64,000 nucleotides of DNA from an uncultured Spirochaetota bacterium (GCA_963783575.1 CAWAOD010000011.1:160001-224000), one strand, 5' to 3'; positions 40,212 through 50,876 are shown, counted from the first letter of the stretch. Made by a program: numbers and translations. The notes: generated from the letters alone by a model not told the origin.

Positions 40212-41660
40212 TTATTTTCCTGTTTGTGATATTACAATTTTATCAATATAAGCATTACGATCAAAGCCAGGCTTTAAATAATAATCATTTATAAAAGATA
40301 TATCTAAATCATGCTGGCCGGATGTTAGATAGATATCATGAGAGTATTCTTGATACTGGCTGTTTGTTAATTCGAGTATATAATTTTTTGAATCAATACT
40401 AACTGATAATTTGGCATGTCCCTGATAATAATCTTCTTTTCCGGTAATTATTATCTTATATAATCCATTATTCGGAATATTGAACACATCAAAAGTAGCG
40501 TCATCTAGATGAGGCAACTCCCTTACTTTTCCCGTTGAAGCTTTTTTATCGTAGCTATCTTCAATCCTACCTCTCCATTTCATCTTTACCGCTTCTATGA
40601 TAATATTGTCAAAGAAGCTGGTCAGTTCAATATCTTTGAAATCGCCGTCATTAAGGGTTATCAGTGACGTGTTTGTTTTGTCGTCTTTTTTACGAATTTT
40701 AATAAGGGTATGCGGAATTCCCAGGGTCAGGCTGCTGTTTGTCTCCTCTTTTATTGGAACTCCATCCAAAAATGCTTCAAAATCATCCTTGTTCAAGGAT
40801 GCGAAATCCTTAAACCTTAAAGTTCCTGATGCCTTGTATTCCAATTGATTGGTTGAGTTTTCTTTCAAGAAAGACTCGCTATCTATCACAAGTTTGCTGT
40901 CTGATAAACGCCGGACGGAGACGCGGTAATTCCGGTTCGGAAGAACTTTCAGGATTTTGTATATCGATCCTTTTTCAGAATGTTCAATCAAACGTTTATT
41001 GATAATTAGTTCTGACGGCTCTCCCTGAGTATCGGCTTGGATGTTCAGAACGGCAACATTCATTTCCTCATGAAAGACCGATTTGACTATATCGGAAATT
41101 ATAACATCGATTGTATCAAAAAAATCAGCGTCAATCGTGGATTTATATGTATTCGAAAAAATATCACCCGATTCCCGGCTCCATATGAGAAGGGTTAATT
41201 CGGCCAGAGGTTCTGTTCTGGGTCCGGAATAGGTATAATATCCATTAATTATATAATCCGCTTTCTGACTTTTTGCCAGATCTTCAATGTTAAAGGTTGT
41301 AGCGTTTAACTCAAGCAGGGTTTTATCATCGGGAACATTTATCGTGGGAATAATACCGATAAAACAGGTCATAGATTTAAATAAAATAGACCGGGTTATG
41401 CCACTGTTTTTAAATGTGTTTGTATCGGAAAGATTTATGAATGGCATAATCAGAAGTTTTGCTTTACCTTCTTCTTTAATAAATTCCTTTTCTGTGTTTG
41501 TGATGGTTTCCAATTGAACAGCAGGTTTAATTGCATTATCCTTTCGGTTTTCTTGGCAAGAAGTCAATAAAACCAGTGCGGATAACTGTATGAAAAAAAT
41601 TATATAAGCCCGGGAATTCTTGTAAACCGGATACAACCATTTTAAGTTTCCAGAATTCAT
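40212..41660 (-). CDS. Lipoprotein with TolB-N/CsgG-like N-domain and C-terminal CBM60-like carbohydrate-binding domain
   Basis: Lipobox LTSC; LLIMPFINLS...ADYIINGYY; C-terminal ISFINDYY...DRNAYIDKI. Confidence 0.6.
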   Translation of the reverse strand: MNSGNLKWLYPVYKNSRAYIIFFIQLSALVLLTSCQENRKDNAIKPAVQLETITNTEKEFIKEEGKAKLLIMPFINLSDTNTFKNSGITRSILFKSMTCFIGIIPTINVPDDKTLLELNATTFNIEDLAKSQKADYIINGYYTYSGPRTEPLAELTLLIWSRESGDIFSNTYKSTIDADFFDTIDVIISDIVKSVFHEEMNVAVLNIQADTQGEPSELIINKRLIEHSEKGSIYKILKVLPNRNYRVSVRRLSDSKLVIDSESFLKENSTNQLEYKASGTLRFKDFASLNKDDFEAFLDGVPIKEETNSSLTLGIPHTLIKIRKKDDKTNTSLITLNDGDFKDIELTSFFDNIIIEAVKMKWRGRIEDSYDKKASTGKVRELPHLDDATFDVFNIPNNGLYKIIITGKEDYYQGHAKLSVSIDSKNYILELTNSQYQEYSHDIYLTSGQHDLDISFINDYYLKPGFDRNAYIDKIVISQTGK

Positions 41661-42001
41661 ATATACCTCTTCAAAAGATAATTATAGTAAATAAAACGAT
41701 CTTTAAAATTCATTTGATTAAAGTGTGCTTATGTTGAAATAACTGGACAAAGAAGTTACTTTACTTAGGGGTACCGACAACATTACCAACACAAGTCATG
41801 CTAAAAAATCGTTGAAAGTGATTAACTTCTTATATATTCTATAATTGTAATATTTGATAAATTTAGTAATTAAAACTATAATGTAAATAATATTATAATT
41901 GATAAACCCTTATTTTACAATGGTTTTGTTATCTTAAGGATTTTTGTCGGAAATGTTGGCGATAACCCCTTATAAACGAAACACTTAAGGGAAGTGGTTT
42001 T

Positions 42002-43070
42002 ATGAAGTTAGGATCACAAATCCTATGTACAACTGTTATGCTATGCTTGGGAAGTATATTTGTAGTTTTATCCGGCTGTTATAATCCGAATCCAGGGTCT
42101 AGTAGTTCTTCTTCCAATTCGCCTAGTATTTCGAATAATAGTTCAATAGCATCAAACAGTTCTTATTATACTAACATAGTTACATTTGATAATCAGGGTG
42201 GTAATCCCGCAACAAATACTCTATATGTTATTTTTCCTGCGATGATTGTCAGCAACCTTCCTTCATCACCTACTAAAACAGGCTTTATATTTAGCGGCTG
42301 GTTCACTGTCAAAAACGGAGGCGGTACACAGTTTACTGCCAGTACAGAAATAAGGTCAAATATCACAGTTTATGCCTGCTGGAGCAATAATCCGGGATAT
42401 ATTGTTTTTTCTGATTATAATTGGATAATAAAACAAGATGAAAATGAAGTATTTGGTCCTGGTCCAAATTATTTCTCTGCACAAACAAATGATATTTGGA
42501 TCGATGGAAATGGTTATCTTCACATGAATGTGAAAAATAGGGATTTAAAGTGGTATTCAACGGAAGTAATTACGGAACAGTCTTTCGGTTATGGAACTTA
42601 TGTATTTTACCTGGGAAGCCGGGGAGACACACTGGATCAGAATATAGTCCTGGGGCTTTTTACCTGGGATGATAATTCCAATGCCCAGATCAACTACAAT
42701 AATGAGATTGATTTTGAGTTCTCCCGTTGGAATAAACCAACAAATAACAATTTTCAGTTTGTTGTTCAGCCATCAGATTTGACCATTTCAAATATTCACC
42801 GCTTTAATATAGATAATTCGGTGGATTCGCTTACAGTTAGTTATTTTACCTGGAATACCAATTACATTGAGTTTACAAGTGCATATGGCAGTACTTTCCC
42901 TGCTGAGACTACAAATATTATAAATAATTGGACTTATTTTCTGGCCCTGTGATCCGGTACCAGCCCAGGAAAAGGTGCATATCAACTTATGGCTCATAAA
43001 AGGTAATCCTCCGATTAACGGCACCGGTGGTGAAATGATCATAAAAAAATTTGAGTTTCACCCGCTTTAA
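42002..43070 (+). CDS. Lipoprotein with Listeria-Bacteroides repeat and GH16-like glycoside hydrolase domain (frameshift at ~42940)
   Basis: Lipobox LSGC; PTKTGFIFSGWF...TVYACW; GPGPNYFS, FGYGTY, EIDFE (catalytic ExDxE); a shifted frame continues VHINLWL...EMIIKKFEF to a stop at 43070. Confidence 0.75.
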
Positions 43071-43255
43071 ATTAGTTTAATAATGTGCCAGAATAATATA
43101 GATTTAAATGGTAGGTTTGGCTTGATTGGCTAAATAAACACCGGAGAAAAGGGATCCGTAGCGTCTTCGTCGCTATGTCGAATCCCGGCTCTGTTTCTCA
43201 AAGAAATTTTGGAGTAAAATGCGAGGCTTTTGATTACAGATTGTCTTTTTATTAT

Positions 43256-43342
43256 CGGAGAGAGAGGGATTCGAACCCTCGGTGCAATTACTTGCACAAC
43301 ACCTTAGCAGGGTGCCCCCTTCGGCCACTCGGGCATCTCTCC
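43256..43342 (-). tRNA. tRNA-Ser (anticodon GCT)
   Basis: GGAGAGATGCCCGAGTGGCCGAAGGGGGCACC-CTGCTAA-GGTGT, long variable arm, GGTTCGAATCC, TCTCTCCG; CCA not encoded. Confidence 0.95.
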
Positions 43343-43525
43343 TTAATCTTTACTTTCAAGAATGACTGTTGTCATTGTTGAAACTAAAGATACGGGTGCA
43401 GTTTTTTGCGGGAAACTTTTAAAGAACACTCATAAAATTAAGTTTATCATGGTTAAAACATAAATAATCAAGACAAATATAGTAATACAGAGGATTGATT
43501 TTGTCAAAATTAATAGAATTATATA

Positions 43526-43557
43526 GAAAAACCCTTCAATTGAATGAAGGGTTTTTC
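43526..43557. terminator. Intrinsic terminator (potentially bidirectional) downstream of the TPR gene
   Basis: Perfect 13-bp stem GAAAAACCCTTCA / TGAAGGGTTTTTC. Confidence 0.75.
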
Positions 43558-43565
43558 AACCGCCA

Positions 43566-44285
43566 TTATTTTGAAAGCTTTTTTTGAAGATCTTTTAATT
43601 CGCCAATTTCTTTATTTTCAGAAAAGATGTCGCTTTCATCGACAGGTATTGCAAGACCTTTTTCAATAATATCTTTTGCTTTTACCTTATCTTTATCCAT
43701 CAGGAATTCGGCATAAAATCTGAATGTGACACGCTGATTAGGGCCATATTCTATAGCTTTCAGATAATCCGCTTCGGCTTTTTTACTGTCGCCGACACTG
43801 ATTCCACCCGGGGCTTTATGATAAACCCTGCCTCGCAGCATATAGGCTGATCCGTTTTCATACACAGGGTCAATATTTATTGTTTTTGTCGCTTCTTTTA
43901 ATATATCGGGGGCGGTAAAAAGACTTTTAAAAATCCCGTTTGCTTCTGCCCAGGAACCGAGGCTTATTCCCAGATAATAATGTCCTTCAGGTTTATTATT
44001 TTCCATATTTGTTGCCGATTCCGCAGCTTTCTTGGCTTCTGTAAAAATTGTTTTTTTTATATCGGGATTACTCTGAAACTGGTCCGCGTAAAAATGTGCT
44101 GCTCTGGCAAATTTCCATGCAGTTTCATAACTTGATCCGGATTGAAATTGAGCTTTGTAATAATCATAAGCTGCTTTAGCCCCATCCGCCGTGTTCCTGT
44201 TGCTCCAGTAACTGTCATCAATGGCAAAAGCAAAACCCGCCAGAACAAATATGAAAAGCATTATCAAAAGACCGCTCCTTAACAT
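43566..44285 (-). CDS. Exported TPR-repeat protein
   Basis: Signal peptide ending AFA; PEGHYYLG, AYMLRGRVY, KAEADYLKAI. Confidence 0.75.
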   Translation of the reverse strand: MLRSGLLIMLFIFVLAGFAFAIDDSYWSNRNTADGAKAAYDYYKAQFQSGSSYETAWKFARAAHFYADQFQSNPDIKKTIFTEAKKAAESATNMENNKPEGHYYLGISLGSWAEANGIFKSLFTAPDILKEATKTINIDPVYENGSAYMLRGRVYHKAPGGISVGDSKKAEADYLKAIEYGPNQRVTFRFYAEFLMDKDKVKAKDIIEKGLAIPVDESDIFSENKEIGELKDLQKKLSK

Positions 44286-44319
44286 AAAAAATCCTCCTTT
44301 TATAATCCATTCTATATTT

Positions 44320-46077
44320 CTATAATTCTCTTGCTATACAAATAACGAATTCAACTTCATCATTATCATCCAGTTTAGGGATTCTCATTATGGAAAATGT
44401 TTTTTTTTCTTTTTTGAAATTCTTCATGGTTTCTTTAGAGATTGTAATGGTTTTCATTTCAAATGCCTTTTTATTGGCCGATGAAAATAAATTTGCTTCA
44501 CGCTTTGAGAATATATCATAAAAATTCTTGGATTCCATTTCATATCTGTTTTTACCTAGGAAATCCAGATATGTTTGATTTAAAATGCCGAAAGTTTCGG
44601 GAGAGGTTAAAGTCCAAGAATAAACGCATAATTTATCAAGGATTAGCATTAAGTCTATATTTCTCTTTAAGAAGTAATCTTCGGCTTTTTTATGCTCGGT
44701 TATATCGATTATAACGTCGACAATACCTGCCAGACTATTGTCCATATTAACAAAAGTAGCCTTATTAAAGACAACCTTTCTAATCGATTGATCCTGATGT
44801 TCCGTTGTGGTTTCATAAATTTGAACACCCGGATGTTCCAGGAGTACCTGGTCCATTTTTTTTTCTTCTTCGGCTCTCTTCAAATTAAACACATTGAAAA
44901 TATCTTTCCCGATAATTTTGTCATTAGAAATATTGAAAAATGACTCAAAAGCCTTATTGCATCCTAAAAAGATTCCATTCTTATCTTTATAAAATACCGG
45001 GTTCGGAATGACATCTATTAATTGCTGAAATAGATAGAGCTGCTGCTGTATTTTTTCTTCGGCTTCTTTGTGCTCAAAATATGTTTTTATCAGATCGGTT
45101 ATTGAATTGAGCAGATTCTTTTCTTCCTGTATAAATGGTCCTTCATAGGCAACCGGTTTATCATCAAGATAATATACTTCAAGACGTCCCTCTGTATAAT
45201 TTTTAGTTTTGAATTTAGCCTCAAGAACATGAGGGCTTTTAGAAAAGCTGATATTTTTATATTCTTTTTTATTTATTATAAGCCTCGCAGTAGTAATATT
45301 CGGATATTGAAATCCGTAAGGTATAAAAGATACCAATTCATCCATCAATTCATCAACAGGACGGCTGTAATTCTGCAGTAAGCCGGTAATATTATTAATT
45401 AATGAAAGCTCTTTTACGCGGACTCGTAAAGCGTCAAATACTTTCTGCTTGGCTTCTTTCATCTGGTCATGCTCAAGGTGAGACCGGAGCATTTCACTTC
45501 TCATTATTTGAGCGCTGTAGCTGACCGATGTGAGTTCTTTAATCTTTTCATTGAGTTTCAGGAGGGTTTTCTCCATTGATTGTTCCTGTTTTTCCCTTAT
45601 TGCTATTTCCATTTCCAGCTTCTGATTGGTTTTTTCCAATTCCATGGTTCTTTCTTTGACCTTTTTTTCAAGTTCAATATTGGTTTTAATAATGTTCTGG
45701 CTTATTTTATGTTTATGATGGGCAACTTCAATAACATTGCGCAAATCGGTGTTTTCGAAGGGTTTAATCAGATAACCGAAAGGTTCTGCTTTGACGGCAT
45801 TCTTTAATGTTTTACTATCGCTATATGCTGTCATAAAAATGACGGGGATATTATAGAATTTAAATACTTTCTCCGCAGTATCTATCCCGCTTTGACTTCC
45901 CTGAAGCATAATATCCATCAAAACCAGGTCTGGCTTTTTCTTCTCGACCGAAATGATGGCGCTTTCTCCTGATCTTACACATTCAGTAACGTCATAACCT
46001 AAATTTTTCAAGTTATTTTCAATATCTTTAGCAACTATCGATTCATCCTCAACGACCAAAACACTGATTTTTTTCAT
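44320..46077 (-). CDS. Response regulator receiver plus coiled coil plus two PAS domains, no output domain
   Basis: VVEDE, LMDI, FMTA, YLIKPF; IPNPVFYKD...GCNKAF (PAS); second PAS-like domain at the C-terminus. Confidence 0.8.
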   Translation of the reverse strand: MKKISVLVVEDESIVAKDIENNLKNLGYDVTECVRSGESAIISVEKKKPDLVLMDIMLQGSQSGIDTAEKVFKFYNIPVIFMTAYSDSKTLKNAVKAEPFGYLIKPFENTDLRNVIEVAHHKHKISQNIIKTNIELEKKVKERTMELEKTNQKLEMEIAIREKQEQSMEKTLLKLNEKIKELTSVSYSAQIMRSEMLRSHLEHDQMKEAKQKVFDALRVRVKELSLINNITGLLQNYSRPVDELMDELVSFIPYGFQYPNITTARLIINKKEYKNISFSKSPHVLEAKFKTKNYTEGRLEVYYLDDKPVAYEGPFIQEEKNLLNSITDLIKTYFEHKEAEEKIQQQLYLFQQLIDVIPNPVFYKDKNGIFLGCNKAFESFFNISNDKIIGKDIFNVFNLKRAEEEKKMDQVLLEHPGVQIYETTTEHQDQSIRKVVFNKATFVNMDNSLAGIVDVIIDITEHKKAEDYFLKRNIDLMLILDKLCVYSWTLTSPETFGILNQTYLDFLGKNRYEMESKNFYDIFSKREANLFSSANKKAFEMKTITISKETMKNFKKEKKTFSIMRIPKLDDNDEVEFVICIAREL

Positions 46078-46334
46078 TATAAAGACACCTCAAAATTAAA
46101 CGCGCATATTATTCATTATGATGTGTAGAAGAATCGGAAGATTATTTAAATTATAGTTTATGGCTGAGAAAAGTCAATACTTTTTTAAATAAAATAAATT
46201 TATCCATACTATAATGAATCAAAAGCTAAAATTAATTGGGGTTAATCTATTTAATAAAGCAGGGTTTCTTTATTTTTCTGATAAAAAATGCTATAATAAT
46301 TATACTATATTTAAGCTTAATCGGAGGGGACATT

Positions 46335-48305
46335 ATGAGCAAGGGGAGAGAATATTCGGCAGAATCGATTGTGGCTCTAAATTATCCGGACGGTATAAGA
46401 AAAAGACCGGATATGTATATCGGCGACAGAGGGATGGACGGATACCATCATCTCGCTTATGAAATTATTGATAACTCTGTGGATGAACACCTTGCCGGTT
46501 ACGCCAGGAATATCAGGGTTTCTTTACTTGATAATTCAGTTATCGAGATCGAGGATGACGGCAGGGGGATACCTGTGGATATGCATCCTACCGAGAAAAT
46601 ACCGGCTATAGAAGTTGTTTTGTCAAAGCTGCATGCCGGTGGTAAATTTGACAGGAATTCTTATAAGGTTTCCGGAGGGCTTCATGGAGTCGGCCTTTCG
46701 GTAGTGAACGCATTATCGGATTTTCTTGAAGTTGAAGTGTTTACAGGCAGTAAACAATATTATATCCGTTATGAAAAGGGGGTAAAATCCTCAAATCTAA
46801 AAATAATGGGTTCATCAGATAAAATCGGGACTTTAGTCCGTTTTAAACCGGACCTTTCAATATTTCAGGTAGATAAATTCAGTACCAGCGCAATTTCTTC
46901 CAGATTGCGCGAAATAGCATTCCTCAATCCCGGCCTTACCGTTATTTTTGAAGACAGAATGACCGAGGATCCGGATAATCCCGAAACTTTTGTCAAAAGG
47001 GTATATAAATACGATAACGGTATTGTCGAATTCATCAAAAATGAGTTAAACAAAGAGTTTGAGGTTATTTTTGATGATCCAATCAAAATAGAAGGCTCAC
47101 TGGATGATATCGATGTCGAGATTGTTTTTCAATACAGGAATACCGGAGATGAGCCGGAAATTTACAGCTATGTTAACAGTATTCATACAAAAAATCATGG
47201 AATTCATGTGGATGGTTTCTGGCTGGCTTATGAAAAAGTAATGCAGAAGTTCGCCGTCCGTTTAAACCTTGATAAAAAAGTAGAAAAAGTGGACAAAAAA
47301 ACTCTTTCATTTGGTCTTACCTGTGTAATAAATACCAAAATACCTAATGCCGAATTTAAAGGGCAAACAAAAGACAAACTTACCGAGCCGGTGGAAGCGC
47401 GGACAACAATCCGGAATATTGTGGAAAAAGCGCTATCCATCTATTTTGAAAAAAACATCTCCCTGTCCGAAGAGATTATCAAAAAAGCAATTATGGAACT
47501 TAAAGCCCTACAGGAAGCCGAAAAAACAAGAGAAGGCATTAGAACCGGGCTTGGCAGGGGAAAGAGAGGCAGCGCCGCGATCATTGCCGGGAAACTTGCA
47601 GATTGCTCTACAAAGAAAAAAGAACTCCGCGAGCTTTTTATAGTTGAGGGTGATTCGGCCGGCGGTTCCGCCAAACAGGGCAGGGACAGGGAGTTCCAGG
47701 CAATTCTACCGCTTCGCGGTAAAATCCTCAATGTTGAAAAAAAGATGGAAAAGAATTCCCTGAATACAGTTCTGGCCAATGAAGAAATTAAAACAATGAT
47801 TGCAGTTCTTGGAACCGGATATTATACAAATTTTGAATTGGATAAACTGAATTACCATAAAATTATAATTATGACCGATGCTGATGTTGACGGCGCTCAT
47901 ATAAAGACTCTTCTGCTCACATTTTTTTACAGGTTTATGAGACAACTTATTGAAAATGGGAATGTATATATCGCGCAGCCCCCTCTTTACAGGATTGCCG
48001 GTGGTAAAACAGTTGAATACGCTTTTTCCGATTCTGAAAGAGACAAAGTTATAAAAACAAAATTTAAAAGTGGGAAATGCGAGGTTCAGCGTTATAAAGG
48101 CCTTGGGGAAATGAATCCGGAACAGCTATGGGAAACCACAATGAACCCGATGTCCAGAAAAATGCTTAAGATTTCAATTACGGATTTTGATGAAGCGGAA
48201 AATATGATTAAGGTTTTAATGGGTGAGGATAATAATACGGGTGACAGGAAACGCTTTATCCTATCGAATGTGAATTTTGTCACAAACGTGGATGATATAG
48301 GCTAG
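46335..48305 (+). CDS. Type IIA DNA topoisomerase subunit B (GyrB or ParE)
   Basis: EIIDNSVDE, DDGRGIP, LHAGGKF, GLHGVG, VEGDSAGGS, PLRGK, MTDADVDG, RYKGLGEMN; GyrB versus ParE not resolved. Confidence 0.93.
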   Translation: MSKGREYSAESIVALNYPDGIRKRPDMYIGDRGMDGYHHLAYEIIDNSVDEHLAGYARNIRVSLLDNSVIEIEDDGRGIPVDMHPTEKIPAIEVVLSKLHAGGKFDRNSYKVSGGLHGVGLSVVNALSDFLEVEVFTGSKQYYIRYEKGVKSSNLKIMGSSDKIGTLVRFKPDLSIFQVDKFSTSAISSRLREIAFLNPGLTVIFEDRMTEDPDNPETFVKRVYKYDNGIVEFIKNELNKEFEVIFDDPIKIEGSLDDIDVEIVFQYRNTGDEPEIYSYVNSIHTKNHGIHVDGFWLAYEKVMQKFAVRLNLDKKVEKVDKKTLSFGLTCVINTKIPNAEFKGQTKDKLTEPVEARTTIRNIVEKALSIYFEKNISLSEEIIKKAIMELKALQEAEKTREGIRTGLGRGKRGSAAIIAGKLADCSTKKKELRELFIVEGDSAGGSAKQGRDREFQAILPLRGKILNVEKKMEKNSLNTVLANEEIKTMIAVLGTGYYTNFELDKLNYHKIIIMTDADVDGAHIKTLLLTFFYRFMRQLIENGNVYIAQPPLYRIAGGKTVEYAFSDSERDKVIKTKFKSGKCEVQRYKGLGEMNPEQLWETTMNPMSRKMLKISITDFDEAENMIKVLMGEDNNTGDRKRFILSNVNFVTNVDDIG

Positions 48306-48463
48306 CTGTCAGCCGCTAATCACTGGTTGCTAGCTGAAAATTTCTGATTTCTTTCCTGTGTATTAGGTTCAGTTAATTTCGAATAAATCAGGATTTGATT
48401 TTTTTTCTTCTTTCTGATATAATTTTTTCCTTAAATACTCAAAGACACTTTTGGAGGAATTCG

Positions 48464-48655
48464 ATGTCCAGAAAATGTGATATTTGTGGAAAGGGTCCTA
48501 TGTATGGAAATAATGTATCCCATTCCAATAGAAAGACCAGAACCAGATGGGAACCGAATTTGAAGAAAATCAAAGCAAAAGTGAATGGGGAAGTTAAAAG
48601 TATTAAGATATGTATGGGCTGTCTCCATTCCGGTAAGGCTGAAATAACATTTTAA
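48464..48655 (+). CDS. rpmB: 50S ribosomal protein L28
   Basis: [33 protein letters not shown]...C..C; GGAGG RBS. Confidence 0.95.
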   Translation: MSRKCDICGKGPMYGNNVSHSNRKTRTRWEPNLKKIKAKVNGEVKSIKICMGCLHSGKAEITF

Positions 48656-48661
48656 AATATC

Positions 48662-48699
48662 AGGCTCTTGGGGATGTATTACCTGAGAGCCTTTTTTTT
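48662..48699 (+). terminator. Intrinsic terminator of rpmB
   Basis: AGGCTCTTGGG...CCTGAGAGCCT followed by a T run. Confidence 0.75.
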
Positions 48700-48890
48700 A
48701 TTAATATAAGCCTTCTGATCAAAAATTTACCTCAATTCCCCAAATGGACTTGGTGATTGAGCTTTCTTCAGGTTAATACGGAGTCTGTCCGCCGATTCAA
48801 CCTAAAGCAGTTTTAATTTTGTAATGATAACGGATTATCAATACCGGTTTATACCGGATCTATAATATATTGATGGGTTTTGCAATTCAT

Positions 48891-49565
48891 ATGAAAAAAC
48901 TATTATTTCTATCGAATATATTAGTATTAATAGCCGCATTTATATTATCTGGAATTAATTCTATACAATCCCAAGATTATACAGTCCACAAGAATATTAC
49001 AGTTACAATATTCTGGATTGGGGAAAATCTAAACGAAAATAACAGGTATACAAGGAATGATGTAAGCGCATGGGATAATAAATGGATTGAGCATTACGGA
49101 GGTATAGATTATCCGGATAAGAGGAATGGATTCTATCCGGCTGGATTTAAACCCCTGGAAAATCCTTTTTATTTTGCACTTCCATATAGTGATTTTGACC
49201 TGTCCGGAAAACGTAAAAACAAAGTTTATAGTAAAATTCCATGGATAAAAGAGAAAAATTGGAATAACACAGAATCTATGTGTAAAAATCGGTGGATAAA
49301 AATAACCAGAGGATCGAATATAGCTTATGCGCAATGGGAAGATGTAGGTCCTTTCAAAATGAATGATGCCGGTTATGTTTTCGGTATGGCAAAACCGGTT
49401 AATAAACTTAATAATTCTGCAGGTCTGGATGTTTCCCCGGCTGTCAGGGATTATCTGGGATTGAACGGGATGGATCGTATCGATTGGCAGTTTATTGATA
49501 ATAATAAAGTACCATCCGGTCCCTGGAAACAAATTATATCAACAAATCAAATCTTTTGGGAATAA
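48891..49565 (+). CDS. Secreted conserved hypothetical protein, possible DPBB/RlpA-like fold
   Basis: Signal peptide; ENPFYFALP, KNRWIKI, AQWEDVGP, GLDVSPAV. Confidence 0.55.
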   Translation: MKKLLFLSNILVLIAAFILSGINSIQSQDYTVHKNITVTIFWIGENLNENNRYTRNDVSAWDNKWIEHYGGIDYPDKRNGFYPAGFKPLENPFYFALPYSDFDLSGKRKNKVYSKIPWIKEKNWNNTESMCKNRWIKITRGSNIAYAQWEDVGPFKMNDAGYVFGMAKPVNKLNNSAGLDVSPAVRDYLGLNGMDRIDWQFIDNNKVPSGPWKQIISTNQIFWE

Positions 49566-49770
49566 TTAATAAGTAAGTCGCTTACCCTGGCAACGCTTAT
49601 TAATCAAATCAGGTTGTCTAAAAACCAAATGGTGAATATAGTTTTAAAATAATTGACAAAATATTGCCGTATTAATAAACTTAAAAGGTAATATATAAAG
49701 AGAATTAATCATCATAAGACGCTTTTTATTCTGAATATTATGTGTTAAAATGGTTTTAAAGGAGGTTTTT

Positions 49771-50832
49771 ATGTTAAGAATAATATTTGTGGGATTTATA
49801 ATATTTTTTCTGGCGCTTGTAATTACAAGCTGCAATATATATAGCGGTCTGGCTCCTTCCGATATTAATTCAGTAAGTGACAATACTACTCTCATTGCCA
49901 TGGCCCAACAGTTTATGAGGGCTGGGAATTATCAAAAAGCATATGATGCATATAATAAAGTAGTTCAAAATGACCCAAAAAATTCCGTGGCGATTGAAGG
50001 ACTCTGTACGGCGTATTTCTACAAAGAGATAAATGCAGCGGATTTTATTTCTAATATTGGGGCAAATGGCAAAGCCGGTTTGGCACCAATGGCTAACGAC
50101 CTTTACAGGATTTCAGGGTTTATCAAAAATAACCTCAGGACGATAATAGATCAAAATGCCGATGGTGTTGTGGATTATAAGAATATAAATGTTAATCTTA
50201 ATTTTTATATCTTTAACACCATATATGCCGTTTTCAGAATTTCCGATTTTGACCAAAATGGTATTATAATAAATGATCCGAAAGATATTTTGACTTTTGA
50301 CAATAACATGAACACTATTAATAACCTTGGGAACGGTAATTTTACAAATAATATTATCCAGGCTTTAAAAACATATAATATATTGATTAACAATATGCGA
50401 AACTTCGATAATGATTTTGCCTTAACATTAAGAAGCGATGGCTATATCGAATCTCAGCTCAGCAGTACCAATGTCAGGCAGTATTTTCACACTATAACAT
50501 CTAATATATTAAGTATTAAAGAAAGCCTGGATGATACGCTGTCAAATATTACTAAAAGTACGGATTACACTCTTTCATACGGTTCTTTCCTGTCAAATAT
50601 GGGTGTAACGAACGTTAGCCCTAGTAATGTGGATGCTACTATCTCAAATTATCTTGCATTAAAATATACTCCGGATCATCCGGGTTATTCGAATTTTCTC
50701 AGCGATACCACTGTTAATACCGGCGGCACAAATGTTAGCGATTTTGTGAGTCTAATGACAAACACCTTCCCGGATTTGAGTACAAATGTTGGCGGCATAT
50801 ATCTGAGTGTGACAAATTATTTTGGTATATGA
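49771..50832 (+). CDS. Lipoprotein with N-terminal TPR
   Basis: AGGAGG RBS; lipobox ITSC; GNYQKAYDAYNKVVQNDPKN. Confidence 0.7.
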   Translation: MLRIIFVGFIIFFLALVITSCNIYSGLAPSDINSVSDNTTLIAMAQQFMRAGNYQKAYDAYNKVVQNDPKNSVAIEGLCTAYFYKEINAADFISNIGANGKAGLAPMANDLYRISGFIKNNLRTIIDQNADGVVDYKNINVNLNFYIFNTIYAVFRISDFDQNGIIINDPKDILTFDNNMNTINNLGNGNFTNNIIQALKTYNILINNMRNFDNDFALTLRSDGYIESQLSSTNVRQYFHTITSNILSIKESLDDTLSNITKSTDYTLSYGSFLSNMGVTNVSPSNVDATISNYLALKYTPDHPGYSNFLSDTTVNTGGTNVSDFVSLMTNTFPDLSTNVGGIYLSVTNYFGI

Positions 50833-50876
50833 CTAATTAATGATTACAAGATTGAATGCATTAAATAGGAGGTTTT

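Noticed and set aside
48720..48815. Weak hairpin after the rpmB terminator as a possible ncRNA or riboswitch
   Set aside because: The stem is imperfect and matches no RNA family I can recognise; an Rfam cmscan would be needed.
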